Origin: Enoplolaimus lenunculus
Taxonomy: Eukaryota
Direction of reading: 5' to 3'
NCBI GenBank assembly: GCA_030248215.1
Contig: JASANG010003984.1
Coordinates: 310,001 to 374,000, forward strand
Length of the DNA stretch: 64,000 nt
Position numbers and translations under genes: made by a program. The notes beneath the pieces are model-generated. The model saw only the letters and a list, made by a program, of their open reading frames with translations. It was not told where the DNA came from and did no database searches. Positions 40,013-51,793 of this stretch are shown here, piece after piece. Every line of letters begins with the position of its first letter. Within the stretch, counting starts at the first letter, position 1.

Positions 40013-42598
40013 TACAGGATAGTTTATGGTCATGACAATTGATTAGCAGCACTATTTAAAAATTTTAAACAAGTACCCATTATTCTGAATATTTAGTTTT
40101 GGTTTTAGTTTCCTGATATACAAAGACTCAAGAATGCTTAAACCGAAATTGCCGTTATATGAGCTATTGGAGAGAATGTTGAGACCGGAGATGATAGAGA
40201 AACTATCAAACGGAACGCTATGCTGTGATGTTCTATTGTGTTCCGAAATGGCTGATTTATGATTTAGACTGGATGCTGTTTCCCGTAATGTACGATCCGA
40301 AATTTGTTGCTGCTCACAAATCCTTTTGAACAGTTGTCGGTTGGTGGAACCAACATAATCCAACTGACAGTTGGAACAAGTATATTTATATATGACTTGA
40401 GAGCGTAAGTAGTCCGGAATTTTATCCTTATAGTTAAATAAGGATTTTAGTTTTCTATGGTTGTAAGTTACAATTTGTAACTTGAACTTTGTTCTATCAA
40501 AGTTCTCGTAAAAAATTTTTCTAATTTGCTTGTTGGAGGAATTAGAATGTGACCCAAAAAACGGAATTTTAAGCAAAATAGTACAAACCTCTCCGGTTGC
40601 TTGTTCTGTTGTAGATGAGGTACCGTTTGACACATTTGCTGATACTGATGCTGAGTTGGAGGTCCCAACTCCGGGCTCAAGGTAGTTGTTGAGTGCTTCT
40701 GTCTGCGTCGTTTCGGCATGTTGACAATTATTTGATTGGCAAATGTAATTTTGACTTTCAATCTGTGATAAAACGGAACCTTTTATATTGCTTATGTTGT
40801 TAGTTACATTAGCAATATTCGATATTGAGATCCAGTTTTTTGGATCTGATTGTGATAAATTGCCCAACTTATTATTCAGAAACATATTGAACGTGTTGTC
40901 AATAAGTTTGATAGGAAAATTGTTAGTTCTAAACAGAGATCCGCTCAGCATTGGAACATACACAGTGCAATCGTCTTTTAATTTTGTCAATGAAATTACT
41001 AAACTAAACTTCAAAAATAAGTTTCTGGTATCATACGATGTTTCCTCCTTGTTCACTAAGATTCCCATTCATGAAACGTTGGATATCATAAAGAAAGCAA
41101 TATCGGATGGAGCGATTAGTACGGACTGGCCAATGGACCTTTTAATTAAGGCCATTAAACTTTGTACGTTGAACCTGAAATTCATATTCAACGGTCGTAT
41201 TTATGCACAGAATGACGGGGTAGCCATGGGCTCCCCGTTAGGCCCGGTTTTGGCCAACATATTTATGGTGTATCTGGAACATAAAGCAATGAACAATTGC
41301 CCAGTTAACTTCAAACCTACGTTTTACCGAAGGTATGTTGACGATACCTTCGCTATTTTCAACAACAAAAATGAAGCTATAAATTTTCTCGAGTTCCTAA
41401 ACTCACAACATCCAAAAATCAAATTCACAGCAGAATTTGAACAAAATAACTCCATTTCCTTTCTTGATGTAAAAATCTCAAGAAATGTGAATTCCGGGGA
41501 AGTAAACACCGGAATTTATAGAAAAGCAACATACTCAAACCAAATCTTAAATTTCAACTCTTTCATGCCCCTGAAATTTAAGAAAAATTTGATTTCATGC
41601 TTGTTATACAGATGTTTTGCTATTTCGTCGAACATTGATAACACTAAATCAGAACTTAATTTTTTAAGATCTCTGTTTAGAACTAACAATTTTCCTATCA
41701 AACTTATTGACAACACGTTCAATATGTTTCTGAATAATAAGTTGGGCAATTTATCACAATCAGATCCAAAAAACTGGATCTCAATATCGAATATTGCTAA
41801 TGTAACTAACAACATAAGCAATATAAAAGGTTCCGTTTTATCACAGATTGAAAGTCAAAATTACATTTGCCAATCAAATAATTGTCAACATGCCGAAACG
41901 ACGCAGACAGAAGCACTCAACAACTACCTTGAGCCCGGAGTTGGGACCTCCAACTCAGCATCAGTATCAGCAAATGTGTCAAACGGTACCTCATCTACAA
42001 CAGAACAAGCAACCGGAGAGGTTTGTACTATTTTGCTTAAAATTCCGTTTTTTGGGTCACATTCTAATTCCTCCAACAAGCAAATTAGAAAAATTTTTTA
42101 CGAGAACTTTGATAGAACAAAGTTCAAGTTACAAATTGTAACTTACAACCATAGAAAACTAAAATCCTTATTTAACTATAAGGATAAAATTCCGGACTAC
42201 TTACGCTCTCAAGTCATATATAAATATACTTGTTCCAACTGTCAGTTGGATTATGTTGGTTCCACCAACCGACAACTGTTCAAAAGGATTTGTGAGCATA
42301 AACAAATTTCGGATCGTACATTACGGGAAACAGCATCCAGTCTAAATCATAAATCAGCCATTTCGGAACACAATAGAACATCACAGCATAGCGTTCCGTT
42401 TGATAGTTTCTCTATCATCTCCGGTCTCAACATTCTCTCCAATAGCTCATATAACGGCAATTTCGGTTTAAGCATTCTTGAGTCTTTGTATATCAGGAAA
42501 CTAAAACCAAAACTAAATATTCAGAATAATGGGTACTTGTTTAAAATTTTTAAATAGTGCTGCTAATCAATTGTCATGACCATAAACTATCCTGTATG
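40011..42598 (+). mobile_element. Penelope-like retroelement (RT + GIY-YIG), 5'-truncated, with inverted 3' arm
   Basis: 40011-40941 is the reverse complement of 41668-42598. Adjacent to a (TA)n tract. Inverted pLTR arrangement is typical of PLEs. Confidence 0.92.
40942..42557 (+). CDS. Penelope-like reverse transcriptase / GIY-YIG endonuclease (5'-truncated, open to stop)
   Basis: SYDVSSLFT, QNDGVAMGSPLGPVLANIFM, YRRYVDDTF, FLDV, IYRKAT; then VIYKYTCSNCQLDYVGST...R...EH...SAIxEH...ESLYI...PKLN. The first ~50 aa of ORF 40788..42557 are read-through from the inverted arm. Confidence 0.92.
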
Positions 42599-43010
42599 CT
42601 ATATGCTTAATTGTTTATGTGAATATCGTATATATATATATACACATGTATATCAATTAGAATACTTATTTTTTGAACGGTAACGGCCGATGATCCAAAC
42701 AGGTCTCGGACAAAACTTGGACGTTTAAGGCCAATGCATGAATTTGCGCACAAGGCCTGTGCCTTTGCTAAAACCTATGCAAATTAATAAAGATATTCGC
42801 AGATCGAACGGGGAGTGACTCAGACGTGCTCCCACCCACAAAGCAAAAATCAAAATTAAAACTTTAGCTCATTTCGCTTGCGACTTTGTTTAACTGTTAT
42901 TTATCGCGTGTTCTACTCTCTGTTGCGTCCAAATTTGTTACTGCTGTTATTGTCTAAGGTTTGCCAAAATTAATTTTTGAAGTCTGTTTTTACAACCTGA
43001 AGCAACTTAC

Positions 43011-43125
43011 CACCATATTGGTTAGCAACTTTCGCGTCGAATCGAATTGTGATAATTCCTGTGGACGGGAGTGAATTTCAACTTTCGATTCACTTTGATC
43101 TCCAACCTGCTGCAGTTGGTTTGAC
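43011..43125 (-). CDS. MPDZ: Patj/MPDZ-like exon, PDZ1-PDZ2 linker (SNQLQQ...KLLTNMV)
   Basis: TTTCAG acceptor, GTG|GTAAGT donor, phase 2->0. The terminal MV joins LTGEW to give the MVLxxEW motif that precedes PDZ2 in Patj proteins. Confidence 0.85.
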
Positions 43126-43876
43126 CTGAAATATTTATTTATGTCAAGTGTAATTATGTGAACAAGTCAAATTTGAGCGTGGAATGAATTCAGGGTATGT
43201 CATGAGAAGATCAAATATACGAAAAAATGTCAAAATTAAATTATTGAGCGGTAAACGTCAGTTTGAAGAAGTGTAGCGGGACTGGTTTGATTAAATTGAT
43301 ACACTGTAAATTTGAGTGAGTTGATTTTAACTCAGAATGAATTGCATCGCTCAGTCTGAGTTAGGACTATCAGAACGCAGAAATTTGAGTTGATTCAATT
43401 CATTCTGACTTAATTAATCAACTCACCCAGGTCAACTCTAGTTAGAGGGAGAATCAACTCAACTGAGAGAGAGAGTTAATGTTTTCTGATATTAATTCAG
43501 AAATAACCAACTCGCAAGCTGAATTGGTTAATCAACTCATTGGAATTTACTGTGTACGCACAAAAGGTTTTTCAAGTTCAGGTAATAAATTAAAACAATT
43601 TTAGTATTTTTTAATTTTTACTAGATCCGATACACTGTTGCCTTGCACCTATACAGCGCAAAACTCGTAGGTCTTTAGAATACCTTGAAAATTATAGATA
43701 GCGTTATTCCTAAAAAATACGGCTATAAGGAATAGTCTAGCTTATAAGCCTAAGCGTAAAAATTAGTCTAAACTCAAACTGAAACCGTGGACATTTTTGA
43801 CCAGTTAAAGGAACGGGACCTGTCTAAAAGTGGCAGGGGCAGAAATTAGTAAAAGTTGTCAAAATCGCCAATTTAC

Positions 43877-44614
43877 CTTGCCAACGTAAGGGTAAGTCTC
43901 GGCCTGGTTTGTAGTTCAGACGCATGATGTTTTAGCTCGTGTTTGGCGTGACTTCGGTCTCCTGATCGTTTTGAATGGTGGCCCGCTGACCTTCTGGGCC
44001 CTGAGCGGATATCGAGTACCGGTTTGCTGACGGGTTTTTGCCGAGGCACCGAAATAAACCGATGCTTTACGGCAGCGAGCAAATCACCGTTGTTTAAATG
44101 TTGCACTGCTGGCACGGATTTGGACAAATTTGACGCATTTTTCGAACTGAAGTCGCTTTCCCGACGGTTTTGCTGGTGTCCTAATTTAGAATTTTGGCCA
44201 AGTTGTGAGATCAGGGGCTGGAACCCTGTGGCGGTGACGGAATTTGTCTGTTTTCCGTCTTCGAACGATGGCAAGCCAAGGCTTCGTGGCCGGTGAGTCG
44301 GTACATCACCATTGTCTAGTCGGGTTCTGCGAGTTCGTTGGTTGAAACGAGTTTTGTGACCGGTTCGATAAGGAGCACCGTGAGACAACTTGTCAAAAGC
44401 ATAGGGAAATTTTTCTGGAGCGTGAGAAAATTGGTCAGAAGCGTGGGAAAATTGGTCAGAAGCGTGGGAAAATTGCTCAGAAGCGTTGGAATTCTGCGAG
44501 TCTTCGAAAGTCGAGTAGCTGTGTCCAATATCCTGGATTAAGTCTGTATTGATCGCTAGTAACTCGTCGCCTGGCGAAATAATATTCGCGTGCTGTTGGG
44601 TTAGCGATTTAAAG
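43877..44614 (-). CDS. MPDZ: Patj/MPDZ-like large exon, C-half of PDZ1 (SPGDELLAIN...LTLTLAR) with long low-complexity insertion
   Basis: TTTCAG acceptor, AG|GTAAAT donor, 738 nt fully open, phase 2->2. GDELLAIN and LTLTLAR are PDZ motifs. Includes ORF 43873..44388. Confidence 0.8.
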
Positions 44615-46735
44615 CTGAAATTTGAAACTTATGATTTGATATTTTAGTCAAATTAATTTGAATTAAAAAATTTAATGTCTACTGTAGTGACCCGAATAAC
44701 AGGGGGGACTGATATTTATTGGGCTTCTCCATAGGGAACCCGCGTCCTGTTATTCGGTTACGGACTGTTTTTTATTTTTAACGCGCCCTCTGCCACCTTT
44801 CGTTATCTTATATACTAAGTTTCGAACTCAGCTATTTTCGTCCTGGACTCATTTATGCGCTACAATTAGGGATAATTGACATTTATGGACTCTACTTAAG
44901 GTTTAGAGACTCTATCCGCTCTACGGATTGTTATTACAAATACGGAATCCTACTCATGGGACTCAAAAACGGATCCCATCTACTACACCCCTCTCTTATT
45001 CAGGTCGCTAGAGAGAGTACGCCGTACAATATATTGTCCAGCCAAACTGAGTTATCGGGCAAATTTCAAACGTACTGCCCATGAGTACAATTCGGTGCAA
45101 ACTTCCGTTCGCCGTTTAATGTATATCGAATTTTACCCTCGTGCTATTCTATTCATTCTTTTTTCAAATTGAAAATAATTACAGCTTTTCATTGTGGTTT
45201 GACAAATTTGTTTAATTTTTTTGAGAAAAATACTATTGAAAATTCAATATGCGCACAGAATACATGAAATACTCAAGTATTCACCGGCTTGCTCGAAGGC
45301 CTAAAAATCGTTCAAAAGGTACATACCAGGGTGCAGCCGGAGATCTGCCTCCGGCTCCGGATCCGGCAGAAAATCGGCCTCCGGCTCCGATAAAATTTTT
45401 GCCGGAGATTCCGGCAATTGCGGTAGTAACATTTTGCATAATTTAGCAAAACTAATTTTGTCGCAATTTTCACGAAAGAATTTATGAAATTTCGCAAAAA
45501 AATTAGCGTAAAACCAAACAACTTAACAACATATTGCAGATATTGGCTATTCAGCCAGGAAGGCTGTCCATGGCGTCCCTTTGGCCACGGGCTCGTCATA
45601 GGAACATCCTGAGGCGTTTGTGCACCAGACCTGTGTACGTTCGATTTCTACGTTTTAACCTTATCGTTTCTTTGAACCAAACGAACAGTTGTGACCCTAT
45701 TGTAAGCTAACTTAACAATAAAGTTCATTTCAGATCGCAGCATGCAACTGTTTTCTATGGTTCAATAAGAAGCAATAAATAATAGGAAATAGACTTAGCC
45801 TTTAGTTTATCTAACCTAAATTTAACCCGATTTCTCAATCAATATAGATATATATATATATATTTGTAGAGTACAAAATATAAACTAAATTTCCGATTCT
45901 CTCCTGCTAAAGACCTTATCTAAAGACTGTAATAATGAAAGCACAAGGCTGAGTTACAGAGACATGACATAAGTTCGATTTGAGTTTCAATTTGTGATAT
46001 TGAAAAAGCCAGCATTCCGAATCTAAGTAATCCGTAAAATGTATTGTTGATCAGAGAGGGACATCATTACCCGCACGTAAACGCGGGTTGGGAAAAAATT
46101 TCAGATGCGAGTTTTCCTGCTTTACATTTATAGACAGATATATGACGCTATCAAAATTAAACATTTGAACAGCCTACCTATGAGCTGTTCAGTATCCAAC
46201 GAAATAGCCTGTGAATTGAAAAATACTACAATTCTATATTTGAACACAAAATAAATAATAATAGTATTGTATATGAAAAATAGGTGGGACAACTACTTTA
46301 TATATTGTGCAATTAGGTCCGTTAAAAATATCACGAGGGGGTAACGGCGGACCTAGAAAGTTCAGATAGGACAGGGAGGGTGTGCTGGCAAAAGTTATGA
46401 AACACAATTTTTACTGTACCTACGCTATATGGGTGCCAATTTGTTGAGGGGAAAAAATTGTAAGACAGGGCCTCATTATTTTACAACAAAAACGTTTCTG
46501 GCGGGGGGAGGGCGTACGTACCCTCTAGATCTGCTGTAGCAAGGGTTAATGCGTGGAGTTATCCAAACTTAATAGAGGCGAATGAAACATTTCCAGTGGA
46601 GCAAGGATTTTCATCGGGGGCGGGTGAGAATCTTGGCTTCGATCTGGTTAGCGGTTCATCGGGGCTGTGACCATGAAGAACGGGAAGAACCCTATTATTT
46701 GGAGCAAAATACTCATAGTTGGACCGCCTAGGTTT

Positions 46736-46972
46736 AACTCAGCGCAGCGTATATACGTTAAATAGCATATATCGCACTGTGTTTAATAACAATTGCAACA
46801 CGTATACATAGTACTAAATCACCACAAGACGTGAGAGCCCCCTCGGGCTCGAGCGTCAAGCTCCTATAGCTGAGGGGTGATGGTATACGCCTCCCACTCC
46901 AGTCACTGGAGTTGGAATCCTAGGATAAAAGTAGGTCTCAGGGGAAACAGAAAATATTCATGTGAGAAAGGG
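46736..46972 (+). mobile_element. Same tRNA-cassette TTAA MITE family, left-truncated copy (another fragment at 15766-15850, minus)
   Basis: Highly similar to 26299-26532. Ends ATGTGAGAAAGGG|TTAA. Confidence 0.8.
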
Positions 46973-48661
46973 TTAAAGTATTTTATTGTTGTTAACGGCG
47001 AGTTATGGTCTACTAATATTTCGAGTGCCTTTTGATGGATAAAGACTAATTGAGTTTTAGACCCAGCAGAGCCGAAAACCAGGTGTCCCTTTGGCCCCTA
47101 ATCAGTTCGCCCCGATACTGCTATGGTTGTGGTTCGATATATGTATGCCTCGGTGGTCCTGATTACAAAAATTACTTTAAGTCGGGACTCAGACTCAGAA
47201 GGATTTATTTTTCGATTTATTATCCATCATTGCGAGAATCTCGATACCTTAATCTATTCCACAGTCAACTGCAAGTATGAATAAAAACATAACATGAAAT
47301 ATGTATAATTTGAGCCCTAAAATTTAAAAAAATTCTAGTTCAGGCCCGTATAACGTTTTGAATCATGTAAACATCAGGGTCCGAACGTTTGTCTGCGGAA
47401 CTGCAATTGAGTAAACTTAAACTTTAGACTAATTTTTTTGCATAGGCGTAGGCTTAGGCCTATTCTACGGCTTAGGTGTAGACGTATCCGTACGCTTAGG
47501 CTTAGGTTTTGGCCTAGGCCTCGGCTTACGTATAGGCTAATCAGTGTGCTTAGGCTTAGGCTTAGGTTTTGGCCTAGGCCTCGGCTTACGTATAGGCTAA
47601 TCAGTGTGCTTAGGCTTAGGCTTAGGTATATTGCTTATACTACTTTTACAGCCCTGTTATTTTAGGCCGAAATTTTGAACTGTATTTTGCAAGCTACCCA
47701 AAGGAACACACAAGTATTGAACCGTGTGAATTGAAAAGACATTTGATATACCGATATTTCGACTGGTAATCTTGAAAACTAATTCTTAAACGTCAGCTTC
47801 GAGACAGCTTTCAACTGTTAAAGGTTTTCACAAATCATTCAGCTGTTGAAATGAGTTGAAGCAAGAAATTTTTGGCGCTGTTTACAGTTGATACCTACTG
47901 ACATGGGTCATTGACCGAGACACAGGTTTTCCGGTGGCACAGGATAGTTTTTGCGTTCTGAAATTGGTGTACAGGGTATACACGCTTTTGAACTGTGATT
48001 CACTAAATTCACTTACCGTGCACATATACCACCGACAGAGCACAGGTTGAAAAATGTGATTTGGATAAATTTTCGATATTTCGAAAATAATATTCACGCC
48101 AGTCGCAAATCACATTTTCCAACCAGTGCTCTGTCGGTATATGTGCACGGTAAGTGTATGTAAAAGCATAGTATGCCATAAATGTGCACATCATATATAT
48201 ATGTATATATATGTATATATATACCGGAATATGAAGTTGTTGCAATCGACTACTTTTAGCATGCTTGACTCGAGTGCAATAGGGCCAAGGTTGAGCTTCA
48301 TATGAACAAATTTTAATGGCAAAAGGTTCAGAACGTTAAAGCTTCGGTAAAAATCATAATCATCTTGTTCGCTACAGTTGCTCACAACTTGGAAAAATTA
48401 GTGCTGCAAAGATTTTTCTTCGGGGGGAGACGTGGTTTCAGAATTTAAGCCGTTCAAAAAAGGGTCATTTTTGCTCTAAATATTTAATTATTTGTGAAAA
48501 AATTCTGGGGGGACAGCTTCCCCTCATATTGCGCTCAACCCCATGTAACCTCTCCTGATTTGAAGTTATATTTTGTTCGAAATGAAATAAAACGCTGCGT
48601 ACTTGCGTACCACCAAATACGTTCAATAGATTCAGATTCAAACTGCAGTTGAAATTCTTAC

Positions 48662-48774
48662 CGAACAACAGATTTGCCAACATCAGTCACAAATATGCGT
48701 CCGTTTTGTTCGACCAGACCCAAATCGTAAAATTGGGTTTCGTCCGAAATCGGGCTTAGGCTGATGTTGTAAAC
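48662..48774 (-). CDS. MPDZ: Patj/MPDZ-like exon, N-half of divergent PDZ1 (VYNISLSPISDETQFYDLGLVEQNGRIFVTDVGKSVVR)
   Basis: TTCTAG acceptor, CG|GTAAGA donor, 113 nt, phase 0->2. GRIFVTDV resembles the PDZ betaC strand. Confidence 0.8.
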
Positions 48775-49693
48775 CTAGAAAAATACGAAAATGACACGTT
48801 GAAATTTAATTGCATAAACGTCAAAATTCCATAAATTCGGTTCTTCGACAGAATATTTTGAACCACAATTTGAAATGCAGAGATGGTCTTAGCCGCAGCC
48901 TAAGTTCCTTGTGGAACCCAAGAAATATAAAACGTGAACTGTGTCTAATATTGTGACCCTTAAGGATGGATGATTGTCAATAAAAAGATGCTTTTGCAGT
49001 TTCTCCCAAAAGTAGAAAAGTTTTGCTCAGCTTTGTCTTTAGTTACAGGCTCAGAAGCGTAGGCTTAGGCTTAACAATATGCTTATACTACTGTTGAGGT
49101 TCTCACTTATACATTGGCCGTAAGCATAGCCGTACACACAACAAAGTATTTCTGAATTTATTCAAAAAAGTATTTTCTGTGGTAAATCTCTAAAATTTTT
49201 TTCTGATATTTAAGACAATTTTTCTAAAAATAACTGGAAAACGTTTGTTTTCAGACTTTATTTCGAAGCTTTTTTGAAATCTTTTCTGGTATAGCAGAAA
49301 TGCTTTTCAAGTGCACCTTGCTAATTATATTTCTTAAATGTAAGAAGGTTTTTCTTAAATATCAGAACTTTTATTTTGAGTGTAGGCTTATAAATATGTT
49401 TATACTACTGGTTCGGCTCTTAGCTACACACTGACCATTTAGGGCCGTAACAGTAGTATAAGCATCCTCCTAAGTCTAAGTCTAAGCGTAAGAATGAGCT
49501 TATACCAGAGCCTAAGCCTAAGCCTAAGCCTAAACCACAAGTTAGCCTAAAGCTTAAGCTTACTCTATTGCAGTACCACAGAAACACGTTTCATCTTTAC
49601 ATGGGCCAATGTGGAAAAAAACATACGGACCCCGAGAATACTGCCTCAGTGGGATGCTTTATGAACCGTCCCGGCCTGAATGATTATACTTAC

Positions 49694-49740
49694 TTCACGA
49701 CCACGTGCCAGCTTCCGTAATTTTCGATAGAATATTAACA
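49694..49740 (-). CDS. MPDZ: Patj/MPDZ-like exon preceding PDZ1 (LIFYRKLRKLARGRE)
   Basis: TTTCAG acceptor, GAA|GTAAGT donor, phase 1->0. LARGRE resembles the (M/L)AQGR motif just before PDZ1 in MPDZ/Patj. Confidence 0.8.
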
Positions 49741-50879
49741 CTGAAACAAAAGACTCAACCTAGAAATTGAACTGTTATTTCAAGACGGTCAAAGATCTTC
49801 ATTTTTGAAACAAAACTAAATAAATAAGTTTTTAGCTGGCTTAACGTTACACTGTAAATTTCAATGAGTTGTTTAATCAATTCAACTAGCGAGTTGGTAA
49901 ACTTTAACTCACTCTGAGTCGAGTTGATTCTCACTCTGAGTTTAGTTGACTCTGGGTGAGTTGATTAATTAACTCAGAATGAATTGAACCAACTCAAAAT
50001 TCTGAGTTCTGATAGTCCTAACTCAGACTAAGTGATTCAACTGATTCTGAGTTCAAATCAACTCACTGAAATTTGCAGTGTATTAATTTTTGTAAACAAT
50101 AGTTTTTTTTAAATTAAAGCCCATTTCCTTATATGTGTATAGCATCTATCACCAGTTAGCGATAGGTTTTCAAACTGACAAAATTCTACAATTAGTGAGT
50201 TCAAAATTGGCACAGTTGTAGGACAAATTAAGTGCGAATCATATGCCAAATTTTTGAACCTTATCATTCATTCATTCTGCGTTTAAATCAACTCACTCAA
50301 ATTTACAGTGTATCACCAACTAGTGATAGTCGCTACACACATTTGAGAATATGAACCTTGTTTGTAATCTTTCAGCTCAAACTCGCAAGTCTTTGCTGTC
50401 CGCCGCAGATTTCTTGCTCGACAAAGACAGACACGAAAGCATAAACGTTGGATTGAATTTGCTAAAATTGCGTTCGACTTCTTGCTCGTTTTATTTGAAA
50501 TGTTATTCAGCGTTGAATGGTATGCACCCCAAACATCAGAAAATTACGAATCTGCAACTGCTGTCGTCAAACGAAGTAATTAATTCTTCGCTTCAGCGGA
50601 ATCATGCTCTAATTTTAGTGACCTCTTTTTTGCATTAGCGAAATTTTCGTCATTAGGGGTCGTTGCAAATTTATATCCAACTGAGGCGCGGGCCTGTTTT
50701 TGACGGAACTCTAATGAAGGAATCTTAATCGTTAGACAACTTTTTGCTTCCGTTTAGTCTTAGACCTTGTTATAGGCTTATACTTACGCAGAGCCTTAGG
50801 CTTACAGTTAGCCTTAGGTTTAGAAATATGCTTATACTACTGTTTACGCTCCTCTCAAAGTAACACTGGCCCAACTTAC

Positions 50880-51162
50880 AATCAGACGAATTTTGATGCG
50901 AGCAAAGTCCCACCGATTGACTGCTGGTCGATGAGCGTTGAAATGTTTTTTCAGATTGAGTTGAAGTCAACTTTGGTTCACAGACTTGGCTTCGAGTTGA
51001 GTCCACTGCTTTTGTGACGCGTCGACGGGGCGGCGATCCAGCCGTAGTTGACTTTGTGGAACGATTAAGGCACTTTGTTACTCCAACAGGAAAAATAGTT
51101 TGCTGATTTCTGGATGATCTTCCAAACGAAATATTGAGCTGTTTCAGTTGATCAACAGCGTC
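50880..51162 (-). CDS. MPDZ: Patj/MPDZ-like exon, end of L27 (DAVDQLKQL) plus S/T-rich linker
   Basis: TTTCAG acceptor, T|GTAAGT donor, 283 nt open, phase 0->1. Overlaps ORF 50770..51171. Confidence 0.8.
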
Positions 51163-51694
51163 CTGAAACATTCAAATTAAAACAATCGGAAGTTTAAAAT
51201 CGAAAAGTCAATTGAAACTATCTTTCGGCGGGCGCTATACTTTTGAACTATTTCAGTGTCGGAGCAGGCAGGGTTGAGAGCTCTTCCCAAACTCCAGGAT
51301 GGGGGCCACCAAACTCGAGAGCGAAGCGAGCGAGAAGCCAAACGCATTTTAAAACTTCGACGGTTTTTGTTTCAACCTGTTCGAGGGGGGCCCCATTAGG
51401 GGTGCGTCCCTCAAATTGGAGTGTAGGGGCGGCTGCTCTGGCCCTGAACTATTTCAATACCGTACTGCATCGTCCGACACCGTACAACATCACACGTCAA
51501 CAGCGACACGGCACCACTGACCGCATATCAATATGAAACCCAAAATTTTTTTGAGTTGCGGCGCCGTCCGGCACCGGACGTTGCCGGAACCCAAAATATT
51601 TTGAGTTGCAGCGCCGTCCGACACCGGACGACGCCGGACCGCAACGCATTATAACATACGTTTGTTCAGTTTTAGAAATCGTGTATACTTGTAC

Positions 51695-51793
51695 CTGCAC
51701 TTGCAACGATTCTTTGAACACCGGATCTTGTAAAATGTTCGCTAAGCGTTCTAAATCTTGACGGACTTCCGGGCTTAGATCGCTTGCAACTGT
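51695..51793 (-). CDS. MPDZ: Patj/MPDZ-like exon, L27 core (TVASDLSPEVRQDLERLANILQDPVFKESLQVQ)
   Basis: TTTTAG acceptor, CAG|GTAC donor, 99 nt, phase 0->0. LxxxLxxPxFxxxLxxQ pattern typical of the L27 domain of Patj/MPDZ. Confidence 0.85.

Noticed and set aside
40052..41068. 338-aa minus-strand ORF as an independent GIY-YIG gene
   Set aside because: It is the inverted duplicate of the Penelope 3' half; its N-terminus is antisense RT sequence.
50357..50461. Possible extra phase 1->1 exon (NSIQRLCFRVCLC...)
   Set aside because: Weak GTTCAT donor abutting a MITE and no family similarity. 50880 joins 49740 in frame without it.
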